64,000 bases of DNA from Escherichia coli (GTDB taxonomy: Bacteria > Pseudomonadota > Gammaproteobacteria > Enterobacterales > Enterobacteriaceae), in assembly GCF_965641715.1 (NCBI RefSeq), contig NZ_OZ282453.1. One strand, given 5' to 3'. Position numbers and translations under genes: made by a program. Positions 42,123-55,427 of this stretch are shown here, one piece after another. How positions within the stretch are numbered: position 1 is the stretch's first letter; each line of letters opens with the position of its first letter. The notes under the pieces were generated by a model. It made no database searches, was not told the origin of the DNA, and was given only the letters and a program-made list of their open reading frames with translations.

Positions 42123-43613
42123 TCATGAACGGCTGTTTTTGTTCTGCTTATTGACATATAAACGCTCATCGGAAGCTTTATACGCATCATGTAACGTATC
42201 GTTTTCTTTCATCGCGTAAATACCGGAAGAGAAGCCGATCTCTTTCTGCGGCGCGATATGTTGCAGACGTTTTTCGATACGTTCAGGCAGTTGTGCTGCA
42301 ATTTGCGGCGTCGAATCGACAAGAATGATGCAGAATTCATCGCCACCGAGTCGGATGGCATAATCACTTTTACGAATCGATTGTTTAATCGCCTGAGCTA
42401 ACAACGTAATCGCTAAATCCCCTTCCTGATGACCGAGGGTGTCATTTATTAGCTTTAACTTGTCCATGTCAATTGCAATAAACATCACCGAAGAACCGGA
42501 TTGCACCAGTTTCTGCAACCGCTGCTCCAGTTCAGGGGTTAAAATTTTGCGATTATACAGTCCAATCATCGCATCACTAATATTTTCTCGCGACACATTT
42601 TGGTATAAACGGAAGTGCATCCGGACCATATTCAGCAAAATTAACGCCGTCAAAATCCAGAACAGAACGCTTTTCCACGAAGACGTGATAAAGTAAAGAA
42701 TATCAATGGATAACGAGACACGAATGCCGCCCGGTAAGTCATGGACGTAACTGACATACTGGAACAGATTATCTTCGCTCTGGTTGATGATAATGTCGCG
42801 CCCCGAATCTGTATCGGTTAGCGTGACATTGAGAAAACGCCAGAGGAGAGGGCGGTCATGAGTGTAAAAGATATTCCGCAGATTGTTTTTGTTAATATCC
42901 AGCAGCACAATCCCTTTTAGCTGCCCTGCAACATACACCGGCGTCAGCAAACTCATCACGTTCTGTTTAGTACGCTGATCCTGGTAAATGCTCGACAATA
43001 CGGTACGCCCGGTAAATACCTTTTCAATATCTTTGCGATCGATGCCAATACTTCCTGACTGCAGGAAGGACCAGTTATTCATCGCAAAGTATTCAACATT
43101 AACCGGCTCATAAAAATAGACATAGCGGTCATTGAGATCGAGATAATAGTGAAATTTCTCTTCGGCCATCCCAAGACCTGAACCGTAATCATCCTGGTGG
43201 CGGTTGCCTTCCACTGCCTGATCAAAAGCGGGTAATAGTGCTGCAGCTTCCACAATTGTGTCGCAGTCAGTGGATGCGGTTTGTAGTGTGCCGCGTAAGC
43301 CCGGGTATTTATGGGCAGTCAGGTTTAAGCCATGGGTATTATTGGCAGACTCAAAAGCCTCGCAGATGGCGCGCCGCTGTTCTGGCGACACTTCCGACTG
43401 CTCAGCAGCGAGAGCGCGCATCACATGCGCGGCAATACTCTGATTCTGATACTTATCATAAAGAAAGGAGGAGTCTGCTTTCTGCACGATATAGCGCAGA
43501 TAGGCACTCATTGCTCTGTCGCTGGCGACAAGTTCAAAAATAAGGAAGGAAGATGTCAGCACAATGACACTTGCGGCGATAAAATGCCGGAGCATTCTAT
43601 GGTGCAATTTCAT
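42123..43613 (-). CDS. dgcJ: Diguanylate cyclase DgcJ (YeaJ), membrane-bound sensor GGDEF
   Basis: GGDEF motif RLGGDEFCIIL; start set at MKLHHRMLRHF (496 aa), track ORF extends 60 codons upstream. Confidence 0.8.
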   Translation of the reverse strand: MKLHHRMLRHFIAASVIVLTSSFLIFELVASDRAMSAYLRYIVQKADSSFLYDKYQNQSIAAHVMRALAAEQSEVSPEQRRAICEAFESANNTHGLNLTAHKYPGLRGTLQTASTDCDTIVEAAALLPAFDQAVEGNRHQDDYGSGLGMAEEKFHYYLDLNDRYVYFYEPVNVEYFAMNNWSFLQSGSIGIDRKDIEKVFTGRTVLSSIYQDQRTKQNVMSLLTPVYVAGQLKGIVLLDINKNNLRNIFYTHDRPLLWRFLNVTLTDTDSGRDIIINQSEDNLFQYVSYVHDLPGGIRVSLSIDILYFITSSWKSVLFWILTALILLNMVRMHFRLYQNVSRENISDAMIGLYNRKILTPELEQRLQKLVQSGSSVMFIAIDMDKLKLINDTLGHQEGDLAITLLAQAIKQSIRKSDYAIRLGGDEFCIILVDSTPQIAAQLPERIEKRLQHIAPQKEIGFSSGIYAMKENDTLHDAYKASDERLYVNKQNKNSRS

Positions 43614-43793
43614 GATAAATGGCACTCCTTCGGTTAGTGAAACGAGAAAACCAGATAAAGTTCGATTGCGGCCTGGCACAGGGGCGCTAATTATACTCAT
43701 CTCTGCGCCGCTGGGGAGGGGAAATTTAGGGGTAATAGTAATAAATTGTATGCAAAAGCCACGCAAAAAGCATGGCTCTGAATATTTTTGCAC

Positions 43794-45269
43794 TTAAATA
43801 TGATGAATAATCACTTTGTTGCCCCCCTCGCTTTTCGCTTCGCGTAAGGCTTTATCTGCTTCCGTCATGACAAGCGAGATATTACGCGTGTCACCCGTTG
43901 AAAAAACCGTGCCAATACTGATGGTCATTTGTTCAGGAACATCATATCTGTTACTAAAGCCGGTCAGGAGTTCGACATTTTTACGCATACGTTCCGCAAT
44001 GATTTTTGCCTGGGCACTATTGAGTTCGGTAAATAGCAAGCCAAACACCTCACCCTCCAGTCGCGCTAAAATATCATCGGGGCGGATGCTTTGCTGGATA
44101 ATATCGACAATTGAAACCAGCACTTTATCACCCACACGATGTCCCCATTGGGCATTGATGCGTTTGAACTGATTAATATCAACCAGCATGACACAGAAGT
44201 CCTTAACAACAGGTCGCGACAATAATGACTCTACGCTGTTGAAAAAGTAGCGCCGATTGTAAATATTGGTCAGCACATCATGAACTGCCAGTTTGCTGGA
44301 GAGTTGCAGCTCCTGAAAAATGTTATAAATCAGAAAAGACACAACAAACAGTTTACTGGAGACTTCAATCCCGCGACTGATATACCAGATGGTATAATTA
44401 TACTCATCCAGAGTCAGTAGAAGTAAGTTGCAGCATAGCGATGCCAGACATAATAATGCTATTAACGGCCATAGTTCGCTGGCTAATCGTGTACGCATGA
44501 TAATAAAGAACAGTAAAAATGCCCACAGACAAACCAATATTTTTGTATAGTTGATTCCCCAGGTCGCAGTATGGTTGTCCGGACAGTAATCGACGACATA
44601 CAAAGAATAGTCAGCGTTATAACTGCTCAGATTGTGTGCCAGAAGGGGAAAAACTAAAAAAGGAATCAGCGCCAGCAACAGAATGCCAGTTTTTTTCTTA
44701 TTGTTGTCAAGGATGTTGTCTTTTCCATAACAAAAGAGCGCCAGCGAGGTTAAACAAATAAAACTGAGTTGGCGGAAAATATAGAAAATAGAAACATCAT
44801 TCGACTTTGTCTGGATCAGTGTACTGCCGTTAATTGGTTTATGGATAATTACAATGGTTTCAACTAAATAGATAAGGCCACTTAAAAATGCAAGGCTTAA
44901 AATGAGTGTTGGTAAAATTTGTTTGTTAGTGAAATATTTCATTAACATGAAAAGAAAAATGACGGCGTTAAGGAAAAACAAAGCCACAACAACCATCAGG
45001 TAATTCATCTGTGGGATGAGTTTTACATTTGTGTTTTCGTTATATAAGGTAGTAATGCAAAATAAAATTAACGTCAGCAATAAACTGAAAATAAAAAAGC
45101 TTTGAGCTTTTAATTTTTGTGTACCCATAGAAACCATAAAAAGGAGAGCAATGTGAGTGCTGGATTTTATTGATGGCAGAGATATATGGTTTTGACCAGG
45201 ATCAATTTTCGTTAACGATAAAAAATATTTAAAGAATAACCCCATGGAAATACGTGTTGACTGAATCAT
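43794..45269 (-). CDS. yeaI: Degenerate GGDEF-domain membrane protein YeaI (CdgI)
   Basis: 491-aa ORF with multi-TM N-terminal domain; GGDEF signature degenerate to EGEVF (RLEGEVFGLLF). Confidence 0.8.
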   Translation of the reverse strand: MIQSTRISMGLFFKYFLSLTKIDPGQNHISLPSIKSSTHIALLFMVSMGTQKLKAQSFFIFSLLLTLILFCITTLYNENTNVKLIPQMNYLMVVVALFFLNAVIFLFMLMKYFTNKQILPTLILSLAFLSGLIYLVETIVIIHKPINGSTLIQTKSNDVSIFYIFRQLSFICLTSLALFCYGKDNILDNNKKKTGILLLALIPFLVFPLLAHNLSSYNADYSLYVVDYCPDNHTATWGINYTKILVCLWAFLLFFIIMRTRLASELWPLIALLCLASLCCNLLLLTLDEYNYTIWYISRGIEVSSKLFVVSFLIYNIFQELQLSSKLAVHDVLTNIYNRRYFFNSVESLLSRPVVKDFCVMLVDINQFKRINAQWGHRVGDKVLVSIVDIIQQSIRPDDILARLEGEVFGLLFTELNSAQAKIIAERMRKNVELLTGFSNRYDVPEQMTISIGTVFSTGDTRNISLVMTEADKALREAKSEGGNKVIIHHI

Positions 45270-45415
45270 TTTTCCGAATGATTGTTTTCTGGAACTAAAT
45301 TATGTAAAGGTTATGCTGTCATATTTAAAGCGATTGTAAGCTAATGTATGTAATAAATGAGATAATTTACAGTAAGCTAAAAATCAGCCAGGCGATAATG
45401 ACCCGGCTGATAGTT

Positions 45416-46711
<1,296 letters not shown>

Positions 46712-46811
46712 CTACATTTGCCAACTGTATGCTACGCCTGTGTTGCCGCTTCTCAGGCCCACGGTTCGCTGTCGTTGTAGGCCCGGTAGCATGTGTACCG
46801 GGCCAGGGTTG

Positions 46812-48746
46812 TTAAGACGATTTACGTACGCGCAAATACCATTCGCACAGTAAACGCACCTGTTTACGGGTGTAGCCTTTTTCCATCATACGGTCGACAA
46901 AGTCGTCGTGTTTCTTCTGCTCGTCGGTTGACGTTTTGGCGTTAAACGAGATAACCGGCAACAGCTCCTCGGTATTGGAGAACATTTTCTTCTCGATAAC
47001 CGTGCGCAGTTTTTCATAGCTGGTCCAGTTCGGATTGCGTCCGCTGTTATTCGCTCTGGCGCGCAGTACGAAGTTAACAATCTCGTTGCGGAAATCTTTT
47101 GGATTACTGATCCCCGCCGGTTTCTCGATTTTCTCCAGCTCGGCGTTAAGAGACTCGCGGTCAAACAGCTGCCCGGTATCCGGATCGCGATACTCCTGAT
47201 CCTGAATCCAGAAATCCGCGTAGGTAACATAACGGTCGAAAATGTTTTGCCCATATTCGGAATAGGATTCAAGGTAGGCCGTCTGGATCTCTTTGCCAAT
47301 AAACTCGGCATATTTCGGGATCAGATAACCTTTCAGGAACTCCAGATAGCGTTCTGCCTGCTCTTGTGGGAACTGCTCGCGCTCGATCTGCTGTTCCAGG
47401 ACGTAGAACAGATGGACCGGGTTTGCCGCCACTTCTACATGATCGAAGTTGAACACGCGGGAGAGGATCTTAAACGCAAAACGCGTCGACAGACCGTTCA
47501 TCCCTTCATCGACACCGGCGTAGTCACGATATTCCTGATACGACTTGGCTTTGGGATCGGTGTCTTTCAGACTTTCGCCATCATAAACCCGCATCTTTGA
47601 ATAAATGCTGGAGTTTTCTGGCTCTTTCAGGCGCGAAAGAATGGAAAAACGTGACAGTGTTTCGAGCGTGCCAGGGGCGCATGGGGCGTGAGTCAATTCA
47701 CTGTGATTAAGCAATTTCTCGTAGATTTTGATCTCTTCGGAAATGCGCAAGCAATACGGCACCTTCACGATGTAAACACGATCGAGGAAGGCTTCGTTGT
47801 TTTTGTTATTACGGAAAGTGACCCATTCGGACTCGTTCGAGTGGGCAAGAATAATCCCGTTGAACGGCAGGGCGGAGATACCTTCCGTCCCGTTGTAGTT
47901 ACCTTCCTGAGTGGCGGTTAACAAGGGATGCAGCACTTTAATCGGTGCTTTAAACATCTCAACGAATTCCATGATCCCCTGGTTGGCGCGGCACAGTGCG
48001 CCGGAATAGCCATAGGCGTCTGGGTCATTCTGCGCGTAGTGTTCGAGTTTACGAATATCCACTTTCCCTACCAGCGCGGAGATGTCCTGGTTGTTCTCAT
48101 CACCGGGCTCTGTTTTGGCGATGGCAATTTGTTGCAGAATTGACGGCCAGACCTTCACTACCCGGAACTTAGTGATATCGCCACCAAATTCATGCAGGCG
48201 TTTTGCCGCCCACGGCGACATGATGGTGCCGAGATAACGGCGAGGAATGCCATACTCTTTTTCCAGAATCTGCGCATCTTCCTGCGGATTGAAAAGACAG
48301 AACGGATGATCGTTGACCGGGCTACGCTCACCGTTGGCGCTCAATACATAAATCGGTACGAGCTGCATTAATGATTTCAGTCGCTCAGCAAGCGATGATT
48401 TACCCCCACCCACAGGCCCCAGCAGATACAGGATTTGTTTCTTCTCTTCCAGCCCCTGAGCCGCGTGTTTCAGATAAGAGACAATCTGTTCAATCGCGTC
48501 TTCCATGCCGTAAAACTCTTCAAACGCCGGATAACGTGCAATGACCCGGTTAGAAAAGAGTCGAGAAAGTCTGGGTTCCTGGGCTGTATCGACCATGACA
48601 GGCTCACCGATAGCCATCAATAGCCGCTCAGCCGCGTTGGCATAAGCACTGCGATCTTGCCGACAAGTGGTAAGAAACTCCTGCAGTGTGAACTCTTCGT
48701 CCTTGGCAGCTTCATATCGCTGGCGATAGTGATCGAATATATTCAT
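46812..48746 (-). CDS. yeaG: PrkA-family Ser/Thr protein kinase YeaG
   Basis: 644-aa ORF with Walker A (GPVGGGKSS) and PrkA-type domain. Confidence 0.9.
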   Translation of the reverse strand: MNIFDHYRQRYEAAKDEEFTLQEFLTTCRQDRSAYANAAERLLMAIGEPVMVDTAQEPRLSRLFSNRVIARYPAFEEFYGMEDAIEQIVSYLKHAAQGLEEKKQILYLLGPVGGGKSSLAERLKSLMQLVPIYVLSANGERSPVNDHPFCLFNPQEDAQILEKEYGIPRRYLGTIMSPWAAKRLHEFGGDITKFRVVKVWPSILQQIAIAKTEPGDENNQDISALVGKVDIRKLEHYAQNDPDAYGYSGALCRANQGIMEFVEMFKAPIKVLHPLLTATQEGNYNGTEGISALPFNGIILAHSNESEWVTFRNNKNNEAFLDRVYIVKVPYCLRISEEIKIYEKLLNHSELTHAPCAPGTLETLSRFSILSRLKEPENSSIYSKMRVYDGESLKDTDPKAKSYQEYRDYAGVDEGMNGLSTRFAFKILSRVFNFDHVEVAANPVHLFYVLEQQIEREQFPQEQAERYLEFLKGYLIPKYAEFIGKEIQTAYLESYSEYGQNIFDRYVTYADFWIQDQEYRDPDTGQLFDRESLNAELEKIEKPAGISNPKDFRNEIVNFVLRARANNSGRNPNWTSYEKLRTVIEKKMFSNTEELLPVISFNAKTSTDEQKKHDDFVDRMMEKGYTRKQVRLLCEWYLRVRKSS

Positions 48747-49181
48747 GGTATGCCGTCCTTTCGTTTTTTAGCACAGGTTAAGAGCCGTTCATATGAATAG
48801 TAGAGGCTCCCGGAAGAGGTAAACTGAACGACGTCTCTTGCTAAAACACAGCAACTCTCATGCCATTTTATCGACGATGAGAACAACGTGCCCGGTGATA
48901 CACCTTCAAAATTAAGCGTAGATGGCAAATGGAAAACTTGCCTACACGGCTTTCTTAATTTCAATGGCATATCAACAACTCATCCATACATTTTGCATAA
49001 TTAATGTAAAGACTAGGCTCGCCAGTAACGCTAAATTCATTTGGCTGTAAGCGCGGTGTCATCCGCGTCAGGAAAATTAAACAGTTACTTTAAAAAATGA
49101 AAACGTAAAAAGGTTGGGTTTCGATGTATTGACGGGTAAACTTTGTCGCCCGCTAAACATTTGTTTAAGGAATGATTAATT

Positions 49182-49928
49182 GTGACCAAACTCAAACTTC
49201 TGGCACTTGGAGTGCTTATCGCAACGTCTGCAGGCGTAGCGCACGCTGAAGGTAAATTTTCCCTGGGCGCAGGCGTAGGTGTCGTTGAACACCCATATAA
49301 AGATTACGATACCGATGTTTACCCAGTACCGGTAATCAACTATGAAGGCGATAACTTCTGGTTCCGTGGCTTAGGTGGTGGTTACTACCTGTGGAATGAC
49401 GCAACGGATAAACTTTCAATTACCGCTTACTGGTCGCCGCTTTACTTCAAAGCTAAAGACAGTGGCGATCACCAAATGCGTCACCTGGATGACCGTAAGA
49501 GCACCATGATGGCTGGTCTGTCTTATGCTCACTTTACCCAGTACGGTTACCTGCGTACCACCCTGGCTGGCGATACCCTGGATAACAGCAACGGCATCGT
49601 CTGGGATATGGCCTGGTTGTATCGTTACACCAACGGTGGCCTGACCGTGACTCCGGGTATTGGTGTGCAGTGGAACAGCGAAAACCAGAACGAATACTAT
49701 TATGGCGTATCGCGCAAAGAGTCCGCTCGCAGCGGTCTGCGTGGCTATAATCCGAACGACAGCTGGAGCCCTTACCTGGAGCTGAGCGCCAGCTACAACT
49801 TCCTCGGCGACTGGAGTGTTTACGGTACCGCGCGCTATACCCGTCTGTCTGATGAAGTTACTGACAGCCCGATGGTGGATAAATCCTGGACTGGCCTGAT
49901 TTCTACCGGGATCACCTACAAATTCTGA
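49182..49928 (+). CDS. mipA: MltA-interacting outer-membrane protein MipA
   Basis: 248-aa ORF with signal peptide and C-terminal aromatic beta-barrel signature (TYKF). Confidence 0.9.
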   Translation: MTKLKLLALGVLIATSAGVAHAEGKFSLGAGVGVVEHPYKDYDTDVYPVPVINYEGDNFWFRGLGGGYYLWNDATDKLSITAYWSPLYFKAKDSGDHQMRHLDDRKSTMMAGLSYAHFTQYGYLRTTLAGDTLDNSNGIVWDMAWLYRYTNGGLTVTPGIGVQWNSENQNEYYYGVSRKESARSGLRGYNPNDSWSPYLELSASYNFLGDWSVYGTARYTRLSDEVTDSPMVDKSWTGLISTGITYKF

Positions 49929-50017
49929 TAATGCATCTTTCCAGGGCATTTTGTGCATAAAAACAGGGCGTCACGCCCTGTTTTGCATTACGGTGGTGCA
50001 ATACCTGGGAGGAAACA

Positions 50018-50872
50018 ATGCAACAAAAAATGATTCAATTTAGTGGCGATGTCTCACTGCCAGCCATAGGGCAGGGAACATGGTATATGGGCGAAGATGC
50101 CAGTAAGTGTAAAACAGAAGTTGCTGCACTACGCGCGGGCATTGAGCTCGGTTTAACCCTCATTGATACCGCCGAAATGTATGCCGATGGTGGTGCCGAA
50201 AAGGTGGTTGGGGAAGCATTAACCGGTCTGCGTGATAACGTCTTTCTCGTCTCTAAAGTCTATCCGTGGAATGCTGGCGGGCAAAAAGCGATAAATGCAT
50301 GCGAAGCCAGTTTACGCCGTCTCAATACTGATTATCTCGATCTCTACTTATTACACTGGTCTGGCAGTTTCGCTTTTGAAGAGACTGTCGCAGCGATGGA
50401 AAAATTGATCGCCCAGGGAAAAATCCGCCGCTGGGGCGTTTCGAACCTTGATTATGCTGATATGCAGGAACTCTGGCAGCTGCCGGGGGGAAATCAGTGT
50501 GCCACTAATCAGGTGCTTTACCATCTCGGTTCACGAGGGATTGAGTACGATCTACTCCCCTGGTGCCAGCAACAGCAGATGCCGGTGATGGCTTACAGTC
50601 CGTTAGCCCAGGCCGGGCGGTTGCGCAATGGACTGTTAAAAAACGCGGTAGTCAACGAAATTGCACATGCTCACAATATCAGCGCGGCACAAGTATTGTT
50701 GGCGTGGGTAATCAGCCATCAGGGTGTGATGGCGATTCCAAAAGCGGCCACGATTGCCCATGTCCAACAGAATGCGGCTGTGCTTGAGGTCGAACTTTCG
50801 TCAGCGGAATTAGCCATGCTGGATAAAGCGTATCCGGCACCAAAAGGAAAAACTGCGCTGGATATGGTGTGA
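50018..50872 (+). CDS. yeaE: Aldo-keto reductase YeaE
   Basis: 284-aa AKR-family ORF. Confidence 0.85.
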   Translation: MQQKMIQFSGDVSLPAIGQGTWYMGEDASKCKTEVAALRAGIELGLTLIDTAEMYADGGAEKVVGEALTGLRDNVFLVSKVYPWNAGGQKAINACEASLRRLNTDYLDLYLLHWSGSFAFEETVAAMEKLIAQGKIRRWGVSNLDYADMQELWQLPGGNQCATNQVLYHLGSRGIEYDLLPWCQQQQMPVMAYSPLAQAGRLRNGLLKNAVVNEIAHAHNISAAQVLLAWVISHQGVMAIPKAATIAHVQQNAAVLEVELSSAELAMLDKAYPAPKGKTALDMV

Positions 50873-50888
50873 TGTTGATACGTGCCGG

Positions 50889-50915
50889 ATGCATCGCACC
50901 CGGCACACAACATTA
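50889..50915. repeat. REP-like palindrome between convergent yeaE and yeaD
   Basis: GTGCCGGATG...CACCCGGCAC imperfect inverted repeat with GCCGGATG core. Confidence 0.5.
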
Positions 50916-50922
50916 ACGCAAA

Positions 50923-51807
50923 TTAACGTTTCGCAACGCGAATGGATTGCGCCAGATGTGCAGGTTTCTCTTTGGTCACTTTTTGCGTTTCTGAAGCGTA
51001 AGCCGTTTCTACACAAACAAATGTTTTGTAGCCATCATCCGGCATATCGCCCATGCTAACTGAAAGCGCCGGTCCCGGGTTCCAGCCTACAACGTTCAGA
51101 TGATGCTGGTGGCCTACGGCGATAATACGATTCAGCGCTTCATCATTAATCACGCTGCAATCTTGCGGATTCAGATACACGCGATCGGTACGGTCAGGGA
51201 AGGTCTGAATACCGTCGGTCAGTACATCTTCTTTCGCGTCATTTACTTTATCAATGAAGCGATAGCCCAGCCCACTGACGCTTACCTTAGCGATATCACC
51301 CACGTTAAAGTAGGTATGCAGGGCAGAGGTGGTTTCAAATTCGCCATGTGATTCAAGATCGATTTCACAGGTTTTACCCACGCGGAAATGCGCTAACAGC
51401 GTAAAGTCGTGCGGCCAGAATTTTTTCGTCTCTTCGCTTTGTGTCAATTCAAAAGTCAGCGCTACGCCATCAGCATCTTCATGATGTGATTTCAGCGTCC
51501 ACGGCAGGTTGCGGGCAAAACCGTGCGCAGGCAGACCTTGTTGTGCAGCCGGACCAAACCACGGCCAGCAAACCGGTACGCCACCGCGAATAGCGACGCC
51601 ATTTTTGAACGGTGTGTTGTTGCTCAACCACAGAACTTCTTCTTCACCCGCAGGTTTCCACGAGAGAAGGTGTGCGCCCTGTAATGCAAAAGAGGCTTTT
51701 ACCTGGGGATGATCGACCACAATGAGGTCCAGTTCATCCAGTTTACGACGGGAGAGGACAGGGGAGATTTGTTCGATGACCGGAAGGGCAAAAATTTTCT
51801 TAATCAT
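50923..51807 (-). CDS. yeaD: Glucose-6-phosphate 1-epimerase YeaD
   Basis: Aldose-1-epimerase-like fold; start set at MIKKIFALPVIEQ (294 aa). Confidence 0.85.
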   Translation of the reverse strand: MIKKIFALPVIEQISPVLSRRKLDELDLIVVDHPQVKASFALQGAHLLSWKPAGEEEVLWLSNNTPFKNGVAIRGGVPVCWPWFGPAAQQGLPAHGFARNLPWTLKSHHEDADGVALTFELTQSEETKKFWPHDFTLLAHFRVGKTCEIDLESHGEFETTSALHTYFNVGDIAKVSVSGLGYRFIDKVNDAKEDVLTDGIQTFPDRTDRVYLNPQDCSVINDEALNRIIAVGHQHHLNVVGWNPGPALSVSMGDMPDDGYKTFVCVETAYASETQKVTKEKPAHLAQSIRVAKR

Positions 51808-51840
51808 GACGCAGTCCTTTAACTTCATTTTATCAGGTAA

Positions 51841-51870
51841 AAAAAAGAGCGACCGAAGTCGCTCTTTTTA
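51841..51870. terminator. Intrinsic terminator after gapA (A-run/stem/T-run, bidirectional form)
   Basis: Stem AGAGCGAC/GTCGCTCT with CGAA loop, 7 A upstream and 5 T downstream. Confidence 0.8.
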
Positions 51871-51890
51871 GATCACAGTGTCATCTCAAC

Positions 51891-52898
<1,008 letters not shown>

Positions 52899-53227
52899 CT
52901 ATTTGTTAGTGAATAAAAGGTTGCCTGTAAAATTACAAAAACCTTACGCAGCGTCAAGCGGAATCGTGTCAATCATTGCGACAAATCAATCCTGTGCCTA
53001 AGCATTACGCGACTGACTCGCCTCACTCTTCCTTTGGGCTTGAGACCACATGGGGTCGGCGCCCCGAATTTTAAAGGGCAATTACGATAAAAATGTGATT
53101 TTCATCACGATTTAGGTGCAGCCATTTCGTCGAGATCAAGTTTAGGACAAAATTTTGCCAGTTGGTGTTAATGTTTTGTTAGAATCAGTCACGTAATGTG
53201 AGCACGATTAAAGTGAGATGTGAGCAA

Positions 53228-53641
53228 ATGGCTAATAAACCTTCGGCAGAAGAACTGAAAAAAAATTTGTCCGAGATGCAGTTTTACGTGACGCAGAATC
53301 ATGGGACAGAGCCGCCATTTACGGGTCGTTTACTGCATAACAAGCGTGACGGCGTATATCACTGTTTGATCTGCGATGCCCCGCTGTTTCATTCCCAAAC
53401 CAAGTATGATTCCGGCTGTGGCTGGCCCAGTTTCTACGAACCGGTAAGTGAAGAATCCATTCGTTATATCAAAGACTTGTCACATGGAATGCAGCGCATA
53501 GAAATTCGTTGCGGTAACTGTGATGCCCATCTGGGGCATGTCTTCCCTGATGGGCCGCAGCCAACGGGCGAACGTTATTGTGTTAACTCTGCCTCTTTAC
53601 GCTTTACCGATGGCGAAAACGGCGAAGAAATCAACGGTTGA
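53228..53641 (+). CDS. msrB: Peptide methionine-(R)-sulfoxide reductase MsrB
   Basis: SelR domain with two CxxC pairs ([19 protein letters not shown]); start set at [10 protein letters not shown] (137 aa). Confidence 0.9.
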
Positions 53642-53682
53642 AAAAACGATTCAGCAACTTATTCCACAGGAGCGGAAAAATT

Positions 53683-53955
53683 ATGAATCTTGATGACATT
53701 ATCAACAGCATGACGCCTGAGGTATACCAGCGTTTGTCGACCGCCGTTGAACTGGGGAAATGGCCTGATGGCGTTGCGTTGACCGAGGAACAAAAAGAGA
53801 ACTGCCTGCAACTGGTGATGCTATGGCAAGCCCGCCATAATACCGAAGCACAGCATATGACAATTGACACAAATGGTCAGATGGTCATGAAGAGCAAACA
53901 GCAGTTAAAAGAAGATTTTGGTATCTCAGCAAAGCCTATTGCTATGTTTAAGTAA
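53683..53955 (+). CDS. yeaC: DUF1315 protein YeaC
   Basis: Start set at MNLDDIINSM (90 aa); track ORF begins 15 codons earlier and overlaps msrB. Confidence 0.8.
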   Translation: MNLDDIINSMTPEVYQRLSTAVELGKWPDGVALTEEQKENCLQLVMLWQARHNTEAQHMTIDTNGQMVMKSKQQLKEDFGISAKPIAMFK

Positions 53956-54193
53956 GTGGTTTATCCCCTTTTTGCCGCGGCTATGAAGGGGATAGCCAAC
54001 AATGACCCCACGACTCATCTCAATTATCTCGCCATGACCTGGCTAAGTCCCAGTCCGATCTCTTGCCGTCGCGTTCACGCCTGAATGACTTCTCCTGAAC
54101 TTAAGTCTCAGACCTATTTGGCCGGTAATCCCTCTCAAATTTGCTCATTTTGCGTTCCGCCTTCCATCAACCTGTAACAGAACCAGCCATTTT

Positions 54194-54249
54194 CTGCGTA
54201 ATTGTGATCTGAGTTGTAAAACGCAGATCATTATCTGTGTTTTACAGAT
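54194..54249. promoter_or_regulatory. Candidate operator array upstream of ydjL (repeated ATCTG/CAGAT inverted repeats)
   Basis: CTGCGT(54194)/ACGCAG(54221), TGATCTG(54204)/CAGATCA(54224), ATCTGT(54233)/ACAGAT(54244), 75-130 bp upstream of the ydjL start. Confidence 0.35.
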
Positions 54250-54324
54250 TTAATGTTGACCTCAAAAATCATGTGGGTAAGTATGATGACCATCTAAGCA
54301 AAACAAAACACAGAGGATGACGCA

Positions 54325-55401
54325 ATGAAAGCACTGGCTCGGTTTGGCAAAGCCTTTGGCGGCTACAAGATGATCGATGTGCCACAACCCATTTGTGGCC
54401 CGGAAGATGTAGTGATTGAAATTAAAGCCGCGGCAATCTGCGGCGCAGACATGAAGCACTACAATGTCGATAGCGGTTCTGATGAGTTTAACTCTATCCG
54501 CGGCCATGAGTTCGCAGGTTGTATTGCGCAGGTTGGTGAAAAAGTCAAAGACTGGAAAGTGGGGCAACGCGTCGTGTCGGATAACAGCGGTCACGTCTGC
54601 GGTGTTTGTCCGGCCTGTGAACAAGGTGATTTTCTGTGTTGTACAGAAAAAGTAAACCTTGGTCTGGATAACAATACCTGGGGCGGTGGTTTTTCCAAAT
54701 ATTGTCTGGTTCCTGGTGAAATTCTCAAAATTCATCGTCATGCGTTGTGGGAAATCCCTGATGGTGTTGATTATGAGGACGCAGCCGTACTTGACCCTAT
54801 CTGTAATGCCTACAAATCCATCGCGCAGCAATCGAAATTCCTTCCTGGTCAGGATGTGGTCGTCATCGGCACTGGCCCACTCGGGCTGTTCTCCGTACAA
54901 ATGGCGCGGATTATGGGGGCGGTAAATATCGTTGTCGTTGGTCTGCAAGAAGATGTGGCGGTCCGCTTCCCGGTTGCAAAAGAACTGGGTGCGACGGCAG
55001 TAGTAAATGGTTCTACCGAAGATGTGGTGGCGCGCTGCCAGCAAATTTGTGGCAAAGACAATCTGGGACTGGTGATTGAATGCTCCGGTGCCAATATCGC
55101 ACTTAAACAAGCCATCGAAATGCTCCGCCCAAACGGGGAAGTGGTACGCGTTGGAATGGGCTTCAAACCTCTTGATTTCTCGATTAATGACATTACCGCC
55201 TGGAACAAAAGCATCATTGGGCATATGGCCTATGACTCAACCTCATGGCGTAACGCTATCAGGCTATTAGCCAGCGGCGCTATCAAAGTCAAACCGATGA
55301 TCACGCATCGTATCGGCCTGTCGCAATGGCGCGAAGGGTTTGATGCGATGGTCGATAAAACCGCAATCAAAGTGATCATGACTTACGACTTTGATGAATA
55401 A
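54325..55401 (+). CDS. ydjL: Zn-dependent medium-chain alcohol/polyol dehydrogenase YdjL
   Basis: 358-aa MDR-family ORF with catalytic and structural zinc Cys ligands (GHE...CGVCPACEQGDFLCC). Confidence 0.85.
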   Translation: MKALARFGKAFGGYKMIDVPQPICGPEDVVIEIKAAAICGADMKHYNVDSGSDEFNSIRGHEFAGCIAQVGEKVKDWKVGQRVVSDNSGHVCGVCPACEQGDFLCCTEKVNLGLDNNTWGGGFSKYCLVPGEILKIHRHALWEIPDGVDYEDAAVLDPICNAYKSIAQQSKFLPGQDVVVIGTGPLGLFSVQMARIMGAVNIVVVGLQEDVAVRFPVAKELGATAVVNGSTEDVVARCQQICGKDNLGLVIECSGANIALKQAIEMLRPNGEVVRVGMGFKPLDFSINDITAWNKSIIGHMAYDSTSWRNAIRLLASGAIKVKPMITHRIGLSQWREGFDAMVDKTAIKVIMTYDFDE

Positions 55402-55427
55402 CAACTTTCCTGAAGGAACGTTATCGC

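Noticed and set aside
54262-55224. 320-aa ORF antisense to ydjL, and 49416..49958 antisense to mipA, 59315..59872 antisense to ydjH/ydjG
   Set aside because: Each is covered by a better-supported sense gene with recognisable domains; treated as artefacts.
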